From Phyllobates terribilis (lineage: Eukaryota), in NCBI RefSeq assembly GCF_046119375.1, contig NW_027362768.1, positions 185,628,001 through 185,692,000 of the forward strand: a stretch of DNA of 64,000 bases, written 5' to 3'. Below the pieces are notes generated by a model, which saw only the letters and a program-made list of their open reading frames with translations, searched no databases and was not told the origin of the DNA. Shown piece by piece: positions 39,135 through 49,800 of this stretch (the first letter of the stretch is position 1; each line of letters begins with the position of its first letter). The position numbers were made by a program, and so were the translations under genes.

Positions 39135-39296
39135 TCAGAGCACAAAGACCATCTTGCCGGTGGCTCCGCTGCTCTGGATGATGTCCTCGTGGGCCTGAGC
39201 CGCTTTTTCTAACGGATACTCAGGACCAATCAGCGGCCTCAGCCATCCGCTCTCCATGCCCCCGAAGAGCGCAGCTCCAGCCTCCTTCCAATCCGC
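39135..39296 (-). CDS. cryz: cryz-A last exon [31 protein letters not shown]...KMVFVL*
   Basis: Poly-T acceptor, 162 nt, TGA at 39135-39137. Confidence 0.93.
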   Translation of the reverse strand, partial: ADWKEAGAALFGGMESGWLRPLIGPEYPLEKAAQAHEDIIQSSGATGKMVFVL

Positions 39297-39336
<40 letters not shown>

Positions 39337-42317
39337 TTACAACCTACATTATTCATAGAGAGGAGCAGGTGGAACTATCTGTGCTTATATCATTTACAAG
39401 GCAGCAGTACTATCTGTATCTACATTATTCACAGGGAGAGACAGGGAGGCAGTACTATCTGTGCTCACATCATTTACAGGCTGATCTTTGCTTATCTCTC
39501 CGTTTCCTAGGTGGATAGGAGACGCTATGTACAGATCTGAGTGTTCGGACACCAATGACTTTCTGCTCTTACCTTGGTGGAGCTGAAAAGTGCAACTCCG
39601 GCAATACTGGACTCCTTCATCATCGTGTCTCTGGGGTTTATCTCGATAGGACCGCGGCAGCCAATTACCTAGAAGAGCGCAGCCGATATTACACAGAACC
39701 ATGTTGCGGGGTAAATAAATGTTGCAGTCGGTGAAAACCTGATTTTCTGGGTTGGTTAGGGCTGGTTATCAGCCGGAGCCCCAATAATGACCCCTACAGA
39801 AGGGGTCCGGCCGCGTCAGAGCGGGATAGTCCAGTACTACGCCGCCACCGCACCAGAGTGAAACCAGTCCAGTACTGAGAAGTACCAATGTCATGGACCC
39901 AATGGTGTAGGACTACAACCTCCAACAGGAGCACCAACAAGTTTTCTGAGTCTCCTTACACATCCGCTCTACTTAAGAAGACCAAATCCCTCGCCCCAAA
40001 ATCAGCCGATTGGGCAAATAGGATCAATAGAGCTGCGCGACTCAGAATGGAGGGGGCGGACATGTCAGGATGGGGGGCACTTACCATCACTCGGCCGCCG
40101 TATGAAAGGAGTTTCAGGTCGTTGCTCAGGTTTACATTGGACAACATCTCCAGGATAATATTAATCCCGTCCTCTCCAGCAGCCTCCTAAATATTAGAGA
40201 GCACAATCCATCTCTCCATAATAAATGGGGATATCTGTCCCCAGACGTCACCGATACCGGGGGAGCAGATATACTGTACGTCTGACATAAGTGTATATGG
40301 GTGGGGTGGGCTGTCACACTGACCCGGATCTTCTCGATGTAATCCTCTTCCCTGTGGTTGAAAACCTTATGGGCTCCATTTTGTAAAACCAGATTTAACC
40401 CTTCGGGGCTGCCGGCGGTGCCAAATACTTTGAATCCATGGGCCCTGGCGATCTGACAAGCCGCTATCCCCACCTATAGGGAAGAAAGGGAGAGGTCAGC
40501 GGAGCAGCGCGGACCACGCCGCCGTCTAGAAAAAACATCTCCTGACCAAGAAGCACTAACTTCTTCTACTAAAGTCTGTGCATCTTACAACCCACATCCC
40601 CATTACCTGCCGACTACCCTGCACCAGCATGGACGCTGGCACCAACTTCTGCACTACTCTAGACCGGTCCTAAACCACCAAAGCTGGTATTAACCCATCA
40701 TGGACACAGACCACCAGGAAAGGAGGAGTACTTCAGGGGCGAGGCCGTTCAAACCCTTCCCCGGGCCAAGGTATAACAGATAATACAATATTAAGCTGCT
40801 CCATAGAAGAAAACAACTCCCAACATCCACAGGTCACATTACTCACTCCGCCACTGGCGCCGTGTACGAGGACCACCTCCCCGGGTTTGCCGTGTGCCCT
40901 ATGTAACAAGACAAAGATGTGAAGTGCCGCAGACCGACTGCACAATGGGCTATTAGAAAAGTATTAGAAAGTTTCAGAACTTTTCCTCTTCACACTTGCA
41001 CCTATGGAGCTCACCTTGTGATCAGCGCCCTGTAGGCAGTGAAATACGGAACAGATATGGCGGCTCCTTGCTTGAAGCTCAGTTGCTCGGGAAGTGGGTA
41101 CACGGCCTCCTCGAAGGCGACTGCGTACTCCGCGTATCCCCCTGTGATTGTACCGGTGGTGAACACGCGATCTCCTTTCTGAACAACATGAAAAATAAAA
41201 TATTAATAATATCGGACCAAGAGGTTAGAGGACAACATGAGGAATCTGGATGCTGCAGATCAGTCCTCAGTGAATGGTGCGGAGGTGCAGTACCAGGCAC
41301 AGCCATAACTGTATGTGTGGCGCTAAGGGAGATGCTGTCCTTGAAGGAGATATTGATCAAAGGGGACCCCGGGTTTTCACCCCCTAATTAAAAATCACGT
41401 AATATCACTTTAAAAAGGGTCGACAAGCACCACACACGTACACTTTGGAAGTGATCAGCTCATCATCAAGGGAGACCGAGAAAGCAGATAGGGATTTTCT
41501 AAAGCAGAGCGCCCCTTTAAGAAGATCAGTCAGTTACCTTAAATGTGGTCACGTTTCTGCCGACATCCTCCACCACCCCCGATACGTCAGAGCCGGGGGT
41601 ATAGGGTAAGTTTGGTTTCCGGGCGTAGGTGCCAGCTCTCATATACGTCTCCACGGGGTTAATTCCGCAAGCGTGCACTCGGATTAAGACCTTTTATGCA
41701 AATGACAAAAAAAAATATCTAATGGATAAGGGCAGGTTTGGAGGGTCTTCATCAGGGGCCACGTTCCTCTGTCTTGGCATTTCAAGCACAATGTGACTGA
41801 CACCTCTGGGGTCCGACTTCTTAAAAGGGGCCGTCCAGGCTTTAGATAGGGAGGACCAGTTCTTAGTAGAGGTTATAAATATCAGATCTCTGGGGGTCCG
41901 ATGCCCACCACACATCAGCTGTCTGCTGCTACAATGGGGGCTGGATATAGACAGTGAGTGGAGCAGAAACATTACAGCGCCATTCAGTGGCCACTTCAGG
42001 TACTGCAGCTCAGCTCTTATAGAAGTGAATGGGACGGAGCTGTAAAACCAGATACAGTCTCTACCAAAGCACTTTAATCTGCTGTTCAGTGGAGGTGCAA
42101 GGAGTGGGACCCCCACCCACCTCATATCAAAGTCTTGGAAATAGCCCTTAAGAAAGACTCCACTGTGCGCTAAGCTTCAGCATTGCTCTAGGAAAGACGT
42201 CTTTACCTGCTTCTCTCCTGGTAAAGGCACCGGGACATCAGTCAGGAGCTTCAGAACCTCCGGTTTCCCAAACTCCGAGACCCGAATCGCCCGCATGAAT
42301 CTTCCTACAGAAGCCAT
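39135..42317 (-). CDS. cryz: Zeta-crystallin / NADPH:quinone oxidoreductase (MDR family), 329 aa, intact (cryz-A)
   Basis: join(42207-42317, 41538-41690, 41015-41178, 40847-40898, 40324-40473, 40085-40186, 39573-39668, 39135-39296) = 990 nt, all GT-AG; motifs [36 protein letters not shown]. Confidence 0.95.
39573..39668 (-). CDS. cryz: cryz-A exon [32 protein letters not shown]
   Basis: 96 nt, AG/GT. Confidence 0.93.
40085..40186 (-). CDS. cryz: cryz-A exon [34 protein letters not shown]
   Basis: 102 nt, AG/GT. Confidence 0.93.
40324..40473 (-). CDS. cryz: cryz-A exon [13 protein letters not shown]...EDYIEKIR
   Basis: 150 nt, AG/GT. Confidence 0.93.
40847..40898 (-). CDS. cryz: cryz-A exon [17 protein letters not shown]
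   Basis: 52 nt, AG/GT. Confidence 0.93.
41015..41178 (-). CDS. cryz: cryz-A exon [18 protein letters not shown]...[13 protein letters not shown]
   Basis: 164 nt, AG/GT. Confidence 0.93.
41538..41690 (-). CDS. cryz: cryz-A exon [51 protein letters not shown]
   Basis: 153 nt, AG/GT. Confidence 0.93.
41825..42147. mobile_element. T2/Kolobok-like MITE
   Basis: TTAA-flanked, AAGGGGCCGTCCAGG / TTGGAAATAGCCC termini; related internal sequence recurs near 25900-25960. Confidence 0.5.
42207..42317 (-). CDS. cryz: cryz-A first coding exon [37 protein letters not shown]
   Basis: 111 nt; acceptor at 42324-42325, donor GTAAAG. Confidence 0.93.
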
Positions 42318-43045
42318 ACTGGTCTGAAAGACAAATCTATAATGTTCACCTATATACTGCACTGACAGACGTGAGGAATGTAATCACACTGCCCCCTGCA
42401 GTATATTTAGGATACAAAATGCACCCTCATCATACCCACACCCGGATGCACCTTCTATCTAAAATCCAAAGATGTAATGAGAAGTTTTGCAACTTTGATA
42501 ATTTTCTTGATGTTGATTTTTCTGGCTTAAAAATACTCTAAGCTTCGAAAACCAGTAACTTTTCATGAGGTTTCAGAGGAAAGGGTTTTTTTGTTTGTTT
42601 TTTTTATTTTTATTTAATATATAGATTTTGGACAAGTTTCTGCTGCAAAAAAAATAAAAAAAAACACACCGAAGAATTAACATGACACTTTTTTTTCCCC
42701 AACGCCACTTTTGAGTTCCAGGCAAGTTTCTCTCCATTTACATAAAGAAAATGTTTGTTACAAGCAGATCTGAAGGTTTTATGAGGATTTTGGCGCAGAA
42801 TCCACAACAAATGACGCATCAGAGGCGGGAACACCCCCGGAGCCTACACTCACCTCTGTCATACACGTCACTGTTTTTTTTTTTTGTTTGTTTTTTTTGT
42901 AACCCCGCCAGCACCAGACGCAGAGACTCATCAGTCTGTACTAGGAAACTGACTGGGGTCACCGGTCCGGATGAAGTTGCAGCGCGGCTGGGGGTCCAAG
43001 GGTTCATCCATTTTTAACTGATCCATCGCAAAAGAAGGCAAAGGC

Positions 43046-43442
43046 AGCGCGCGGCACTCAGCCCAGCTGCGTCCCAGCGCGCGGCACTCAGCCCAGCTGC
43101 GTCCCAGCGCGCGGCACTCAGCCCAGCTGCGTCCCAGCGCGCGGCACTCAGCCCAGCTGCGTCCCAGCGCGCGGCACTCAGCCCAGCTGCGTCCCAGCGC
43201 GCGGCACTCAGCCCAGCTGCGTCCCAGCGCGCGGCACTCAGCCCAGCTGCGTCCCAGCGCGCGGCACTCAGCCCAGCTGCGTCCCAGCGCGCGGCACTCT
43301 ATGGCGCTCAGCTCTGCTACGTCCCAGTGCGCGCGCGGCACTCAGCTCTGCTACGTCCCAGTGCGCGCGCGGCACTCAGCCCAGCTACGTCCCAGTGCGC
43401 GCACACAGCGCTGTCTATGGCGCTCAGCTTTGCTACGTCCCA

Positions 43443-43492
<50 letters not shown>

Positions 43493-45464
43493 GTCTATGG
43501 CGCTCAGCTCTACTACGTCCCAGTGCGCACACTGTGTGTGTGTGCGCTGTCTATGGCGCTCAGCTCTGCTACTTCCCAGTGCACACACACACAGCACTGT
43601 CTATGGCGCTCAGCTCTGCTACGTCCCAGTGCGCACACACACAGCGCTGTCTATGGCGCTCAGCTCTGCTACGTCCCAGTGCGCACACACACACACACAC
43701 AGCGCTGTCTATGGCGCTCAGCTCTGCTACGTCCCAGTGCGCACACACACACAGCGCTGTCTATGGCGCTCAGCTCTGCTACGTCCCAGTGCGCACACAC
43801 ACAGCGCTGTCTATGGCGCTCAGCTCTGCTACGTCCCAGTGCGCACACACACAGCGCTGTCTATGGCGCTCAGCTCTGCTACGTCCCAGTGCGCACACAC
43901 ACAGCGCTGTCTATGGCGCTCAGCTCTGCTACGTCCCAGTGCACACACACACAGCGCTGTCTATGGCGCTCAGCTCTGCTACGTCCCAGTGCACACACAC
44001 ACAGCGCTGTCTATGGCGCTCAGCTCTGCTACGTCCCAGTGCACACACACACAGCGCTGTCTATGGCGCTCAGCTCTGCTACGTCCCAGTGCACACACAC
44101 ACAGCGCTGTCTATGGCGCTCAGCTTTGCTACGTCCCAGTGCGCACACACACAGCGCTGTCTATGGCGCTCAGCTTTGCTACGTCCCAGTGCGCACACAC
44201 ACAGCGCTGTCTATGGCGCTCAGCTCTGCTACGTCCCAGTGCGCACACACACAGCGCTGTCTATGGTGCTCAGCTCTGCTACGTCCCAGTGCGCACACAC
44301 ACAGCACTGTCTATGGCGCTCAGCTCTGCTACGTCCCAGTGCGCACACACACACAGCGCTGTCTATGGCGCTCAGCTCTGCTACGTCCCAGTGCGCACAC
44401 ACACACAGCGCTGTCTATGGCGCTCAGCTCTGCTACGTCCCAGTGCGCACACACACGGCGCTGTCTATGGCGCTCAGCTTTGCTACGTCCCAGTGCACAC
44501 ACACACGGCGCTGTCTATGGCGCTCAGCTCTGCTACGTCCCAGTGCGCGCGCACACAGCGCTGTCTATGGCGCTCAGCTCTGCTACGTCCCAGTGCGCAC
44601 ACACACAGCGCTGTCTATGGCGCTCAGCTTTGCTACGTCCCAGTGCGCACACACACAGCGCTGTCTATGGCGCTCAGCTTTGCTACGTCCCAGTGCACAC
44701 ACACACAGCGCTGTCTATGGCGCTCAGCTTTGCTACGTCCCAGTGCACACACACACAGCGCTGTCTATGGCGCTCAGCTCTGCTACGTCCCAGTGCGCAC
44801 ACACACAGCGCTGTCTATGGCGCTCAGCTCTACTACGTCCCAGTGCGCACACACACACAGCGCTGTCTATGGCGCTCAGCTCTGCTACGTCCCAGTGCGC
44901 ACACACACAGCGCTGTCTATGGCGCTCAGCTCTGCTACGTCCCAGTGCGCACACACACAGCGCTGTCTATGGCGCTCAGCTCTGCTACGTCCCAGTGCGC
45001 ACACACACAGCGCTGTCTATGGCGCTCAGCTCTGCTACGTCCCAGTGCGCACACACACAGCGCTGTCTATGGCGCTCAGCTCTGCTACGTCCCAGTGCGC
45101 ACACACACACAGCGCTGTCTATGGCGCTCAGCTCTGCTACGTCCCAGTGCGCACACACACAGCGCTGTCTATGGCGCTCAGCTTTGCTACGTCCCAGTGC
45201 GCACACACACACAGCGCTGTCTATGGCGCTCAGCTCTGCTACATCCCAGTGCGCACACACACAGCGCTGTCTATGGCGCTCAGCTTTGCTACGTCCCAGT
45301 GCACACACACACACGGCGCTGTCTATGGCGCTCAGCTCTGCTACGTCCCAGTGCGCACACACACACACACACACGGCGCTGTCTATGGCACTCAGCTCTG
45401 CTACATCCCAGTGCACACACACACACAGCGCTGTCTATGGCGCTCAGCTCTGCTACGTCCCAGT

Positions 45465-45498
<34 letters not shown>

Positions 45499-45533
45499 CG
45501 CTGTCTATGGCGCTCAGCTCTGCTACGTCCCAG

Positions 45534-45598
<65 letters not shown>

Positions 45599-45640
45599 CG
45601 CTGTCTATGGCGCTCAGCTCTGCTACATCCCAGTGCACAC
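43046..45640. repeat. CpG-rich compound VNTR: 8 x 30-bp units then about 44 x ~50-bp units containing (CA)n
   Basis: AGCGCGCGGCACTCAGCCCAGCTGCGTCCC then AGCGCTGTCTATGGCGCTCAGCTCTGCTACGTCCCAGTGCGCACACACAC. Confidence 0.95.
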
Positions 45641-45779
45641 ACAGCGCCGTCCATCAATCAGTTACTCGCTCGCACACACGACCTTTACTCCGGACGCCCC
45701 GTCTGTCCGCCATTCCTTTCTACACCGGGGAAGAAGAATCCCAGTAGTGCCCTCCGTGTCTGCAGCTCAGACATAGGGT

Positions 45780-46200
45780 CCTATATGTGCAGTCTGCAAC
45801 TAAATCACTGCGGAGACTTGTAGTTCTATACACACACATGCACGCTACGTCCCATCACTATAAGGCTCCATACGTGCACGTGTAGCACTACAAGTCGCAG
45901 CAGCACAGCCTTCCTCCCAGTCTCCGACCTGTCTGCTCACCTCCAGCTGTCACCTGCATGTCCCGGTTCGCTGTCAGTGTCCTGTCACTTATACTCTGCC
46001 CGGGGGGCGTGTCCTTTGGTGTCAGGTGACCGTACGTACGGACGCGTCGCCATGTTTCTTGAGGGAAAGGTAGTCTCATCGTGCGGCTGTCACGTGGTAC
46101 CGTCATTGACTGAATGATGCGCGGAATCGAGAAATTTTGACCCATCTGCAGTTTCCGTAGCTAAGATGGCGGCCTCCACAGTGTGTCACGTGGTTGTTAA
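45780..46200. promoter_or_regulatory. Probable bidirectional cryz/tyw3 promoter
   Basis: CpG-rich; divergent ACTACAAGTC motifs (45813-45826, 45887-45900); GGGGCGTG GC-box near 46002; GTCACGTGG E-boxes near 46090 and 46186; AAGATGGCGGC YY1 motif 46163-46173; candidate cryz non-coding exon 1 donor GAG|GTGAGC at 45941/45940 on minus. Confidence 0.65.
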
Positions 46201-46605
46201 TGTTGCAGTTCTAAAGAAGAGAGAAGCCTGAAATGTGAGCGCTAAAATAAGCCTGGGACTTGTGATCTGCTGCCTCAGGACTGAGCGGGGGATAAGCGTG
46301 TCTGACCCCCTCTATATAGGAGAAGCCCCTGCTGTGTGGACCCTTCTCTGGATGAAGACCTGTTACAGAGGTGTGAGGGATCCGGAGACGTCCCAGTCGT
46401 CTCATGTCACCCGACTGCTCAGTTCTTACAGGGACCACAGTAGACACGTGTCAGACCCCACTGTAGAGGGACGTGTCTGACCCGAGGACCCTCACTCAGG
46501 ACTTATAGGCAATAATCCGGACCGGTGCCGGCCGCGGGGTCCTCCCCAGCCCCCCAATAATCAGTGTCGTGGAGATCTCCGCCTGATCTGAACGGATCCC
46601 ACAGT

Positions 46606-46818
46606 ATGGAGGAGGTAACGGATCACTTCATGCCCTGTCACCAGCCGCCATCCTGGGGACTGTTCACACACTGGAAGCTGCAGGCCTCACGTAAGGCGGA
46701 TCTCAGCAAGAAGGGCAGTGTGGACGTGGACATAGAGGAGATCGTGCGGGACCTGAACCTGCAGAACTGCTACTTCACCACCAGCTCCTGCTCTGGGAGG
46801 ATCATCCTTATAGACGAG
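46606..46818 (+). CDS. tyw3: tyw3 exon MEEVTDH...[11 protein letters not shown]...[15 protein letters not shown]
   Basis: CCCACAG acceptor 1 nt before the ATG; donor GTGAAG. Confidence 0.88.
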
Positions 46819-49800
46819 GTGAAGGCACCGGCATCCGAGGAGGAGGATGTCCTAGATCCAGGACTGCAAAGCTCCATAGGACGGATTCACATTGTGTCTG
46901 TGGCATGTGCGCAGGAAAGCTCCCAGCAGATACAGTGGTGTGAAAAAGTTTGTCCCTTTCCTGATTTCTTATTCTTTTGCAGGTTGGTCACTTAAAATGT
47001 TTCAGATCACAAAACAAATTTAAATATTAGACAAAGATAACACAAGTAACCACAAAATGCAGTTTTTAAATGAAGGTCTTTATTATTAAGGGAAAAAGAA
47101 ATCCTAACCTATAGGGCCCTGTGTGAAAAAGTGATTCCCCCCCCCCCCACTTATCTTAAATTTTAACTGTGGTTAATCACATCTTTGGGAAGCTGAGTTC
47201 ACTTTCCCTCGCCACACACAGACCTGATTACTGCCACACCTGTTCTCAATCAAGAAATCACTTAAAAGCTCCTCAGAAGCTAGACATCATTGTGCGATAC
47301 AAAGAAATTCAGGAACAAATGAGAAACAAAGTAATTGAGATCTATCAGTCTGGAAAAGGTTATAAAGCCATTTCTAAAGCTTTGGGACTCCAGCAAACCA
47401 CACCATTATCCACAAATAGCGAAAACATGGAACAGTGGTGAACCTTCCCAGGAGTGGCCGTATGACCAAAATTACCCCAAGAGCGCAGCGACAATTCATC
47501 CAAGACTTCACAAAAGACCCCACAACAACATCCAAAGAACTGCAGGCCTCACTTGTCTCAGTTAAGGTCAGTGTTAATGACTCAACCATAAGAAAGAGAC
47601 TGGGCAAAAATGGCAGCATGGCAGAAGTCCAAGACGAAAACCACTGCTATGCAAAAAGAACATAAAGGTTCGCCTCAGTTTTGCATGAAAACATCCTGAT
47701 GATCGCCAAGACTTTTGGAAGAATACTCTGCTAACTGACAAGACAAAATTTGAACTTTTTGGAAGGTGTATGTCCCATTACATCTGGTGTAGTAGTAACA
47801 CAGCATTTCAGAAAAGTAACATCATACCAACAGTAAAGTGTGGTGGTAGTGTGATGGTCTTAGGCTGTTTTGCTGCTTCAGGGCCTGGAAGACTTGCTGT
47901 GGTAAATGGAACCATGAATTCTGCTGTCTACCAAAAAATCCTGAAGGAGAATGTCCGGCCATCTGTTCGTGACCTCAAGCTGAAGCGCACTTGGGTTATT
48001 CAGCAGGACAATGGTCCAAAACACACCAGCAAGTCCACCTCTGAATGGCTTAAGAAAAACAAAATTAAGACTTTGGAGTGGCCTAGTCAAAGTCCTGCCC
48101 TTAATCCGATTGAGATGCTGTGGCCGGAACTTAAAAAGGTGGTTCATGCTCGGAAACCCTCCAATGTGGCTGGAGTACAACAATTCTGCAAAGATGAGTG
48201 GCCAAAATTCCTCCAGAGCATAAAAGACTCATTACCAGTCATCACGACAGCTTGATTGCAGTTGTTGTTGCTAAAGGCGGCCCAACTGGTTATTAGGTTT
48301 AGGGGGAAATCACTTTTTCACACAGGGCCCTGTAGGTTTGGAATTCTTTTTCCATTAATAATAAAGACCTTCATTCAAAAACTGCATTTTGTGTTATCTT
48401 TATCTAATATTTAAATTTGTTTTGTGATCTGAAACATTTAAGTGTAAGAAACATGAAAAAGAATAAGAAGTCAGGAAGGGTGCAAACAGTTTTTCACACC
48501 ACTGTACATGAAGCACGCGAGAGTCCTTTAGGGAGTCAGATTATTTTTTTGCCAGTTGTATGGAGTACAGTGTCCTTACAGATGTGTCCTGCAATAAATA
48601 CACAGTGCATACGTCAGAGGTGTAACTGTGCTGCCGCCCTGTAATGAAGGAGCGATGGCATTTACGTGTCTGCTGCCTACACTTTGTCACTTGCGTCCTT
48701 CATCTTCCTTTTCTTGGTGCTGACACAGTCTCTGTCCGCCCCGGCCGGCACATGCTGCGTCCACAAGGGGCTGTGACCTGTTGTCGCTGAAGTGGGCGAG
48801 CTGCCCTGAGTTAGGTCAGTACCACGGACTCCGCTTTATTCCACAGTACTGACAGACCTCACTCCTACACTCCACTGCACCCATTGGCAATCGATAGGTT
48901 GCTGACCCATGGAATAGACTGTTCTAGATAAGTCGTGCACCCAATGAGCCATTTTTCTAAATGTAAACTCTTCTTATGACTCTGATCTCTGGGTGTGTCC
49001 TAGAGTGCCGCAGTCTCTGTCTAGTGGTCGTTCTCGTAGTTGTTTGCTTTGCTCTCTTGCTGTTCTGCAGATCGTTTTCATCAGCCAATAATCTTAATTC
49101 CTGAAGGAATGAATGTAGCAACTAGAATCTGACAGCTGCTGCATGATAGGACCGGCTGTCGCGTGACGGCTGCTTTTGTGGGACTGGCTGTCGCGGGACG
49201 GCTGATCTTGTGGCACCGGCTGTCGCGGGACGGCTGCTCTTGTGGCACCGGCTGTCGCGTGACGGCTGCTCTTGTGGCACCGGCTGTCGCGTGACGGCTG
49301 CTTTTGTGGGACTGGCTGTCGCGGGACGGCTGATCTTGTGGCACCGGCTGTCACGTGACGGCTGCTCTTGTGGCACCGGCTGTCGCGTGACGGCTGCTCT
49401 TGTGGCACCGGCTGTCGCGTGACGGCTGCTCTTGTGGCACCGGCTGTCGCGTGACGGCTGCTCTTGTGGCACCGGCTGTCGCGTGACGGCTGCTCTTGTG
49501 GCACCGGCTGTCGCGTGACGGCTGCTCTTGTGGGACCGGCTGTCGTGTGATGTGCATATTTTATGAGTTGATATATTGAGCTCCTGTTTATGATTTTCTA
49601 TTTTTTTTTTTTCATTTTGCTGATTCTACATTTTTTTGTATTAATTTCCCACAGAATCCTGACATGTCCTCAGTTCAGAAGCAGAACTGCTCGTGGCTCT
49701 TTGTTACTCATGATTTCTGCATGACAGAAGATGTGGTGAGTGTGCACGGTGTGGTGCGGGGCGAGGAGGGTGCACACCGTGGTACGGGGAAGGGAGTGTG

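Noticed and set aside
43301-45823. Three overlapping ~800-aa ORFs in all plus-strand frames
   Set aside because: Artefact of a stop-free ~50-bp VNTR; the peptides cycle through frames
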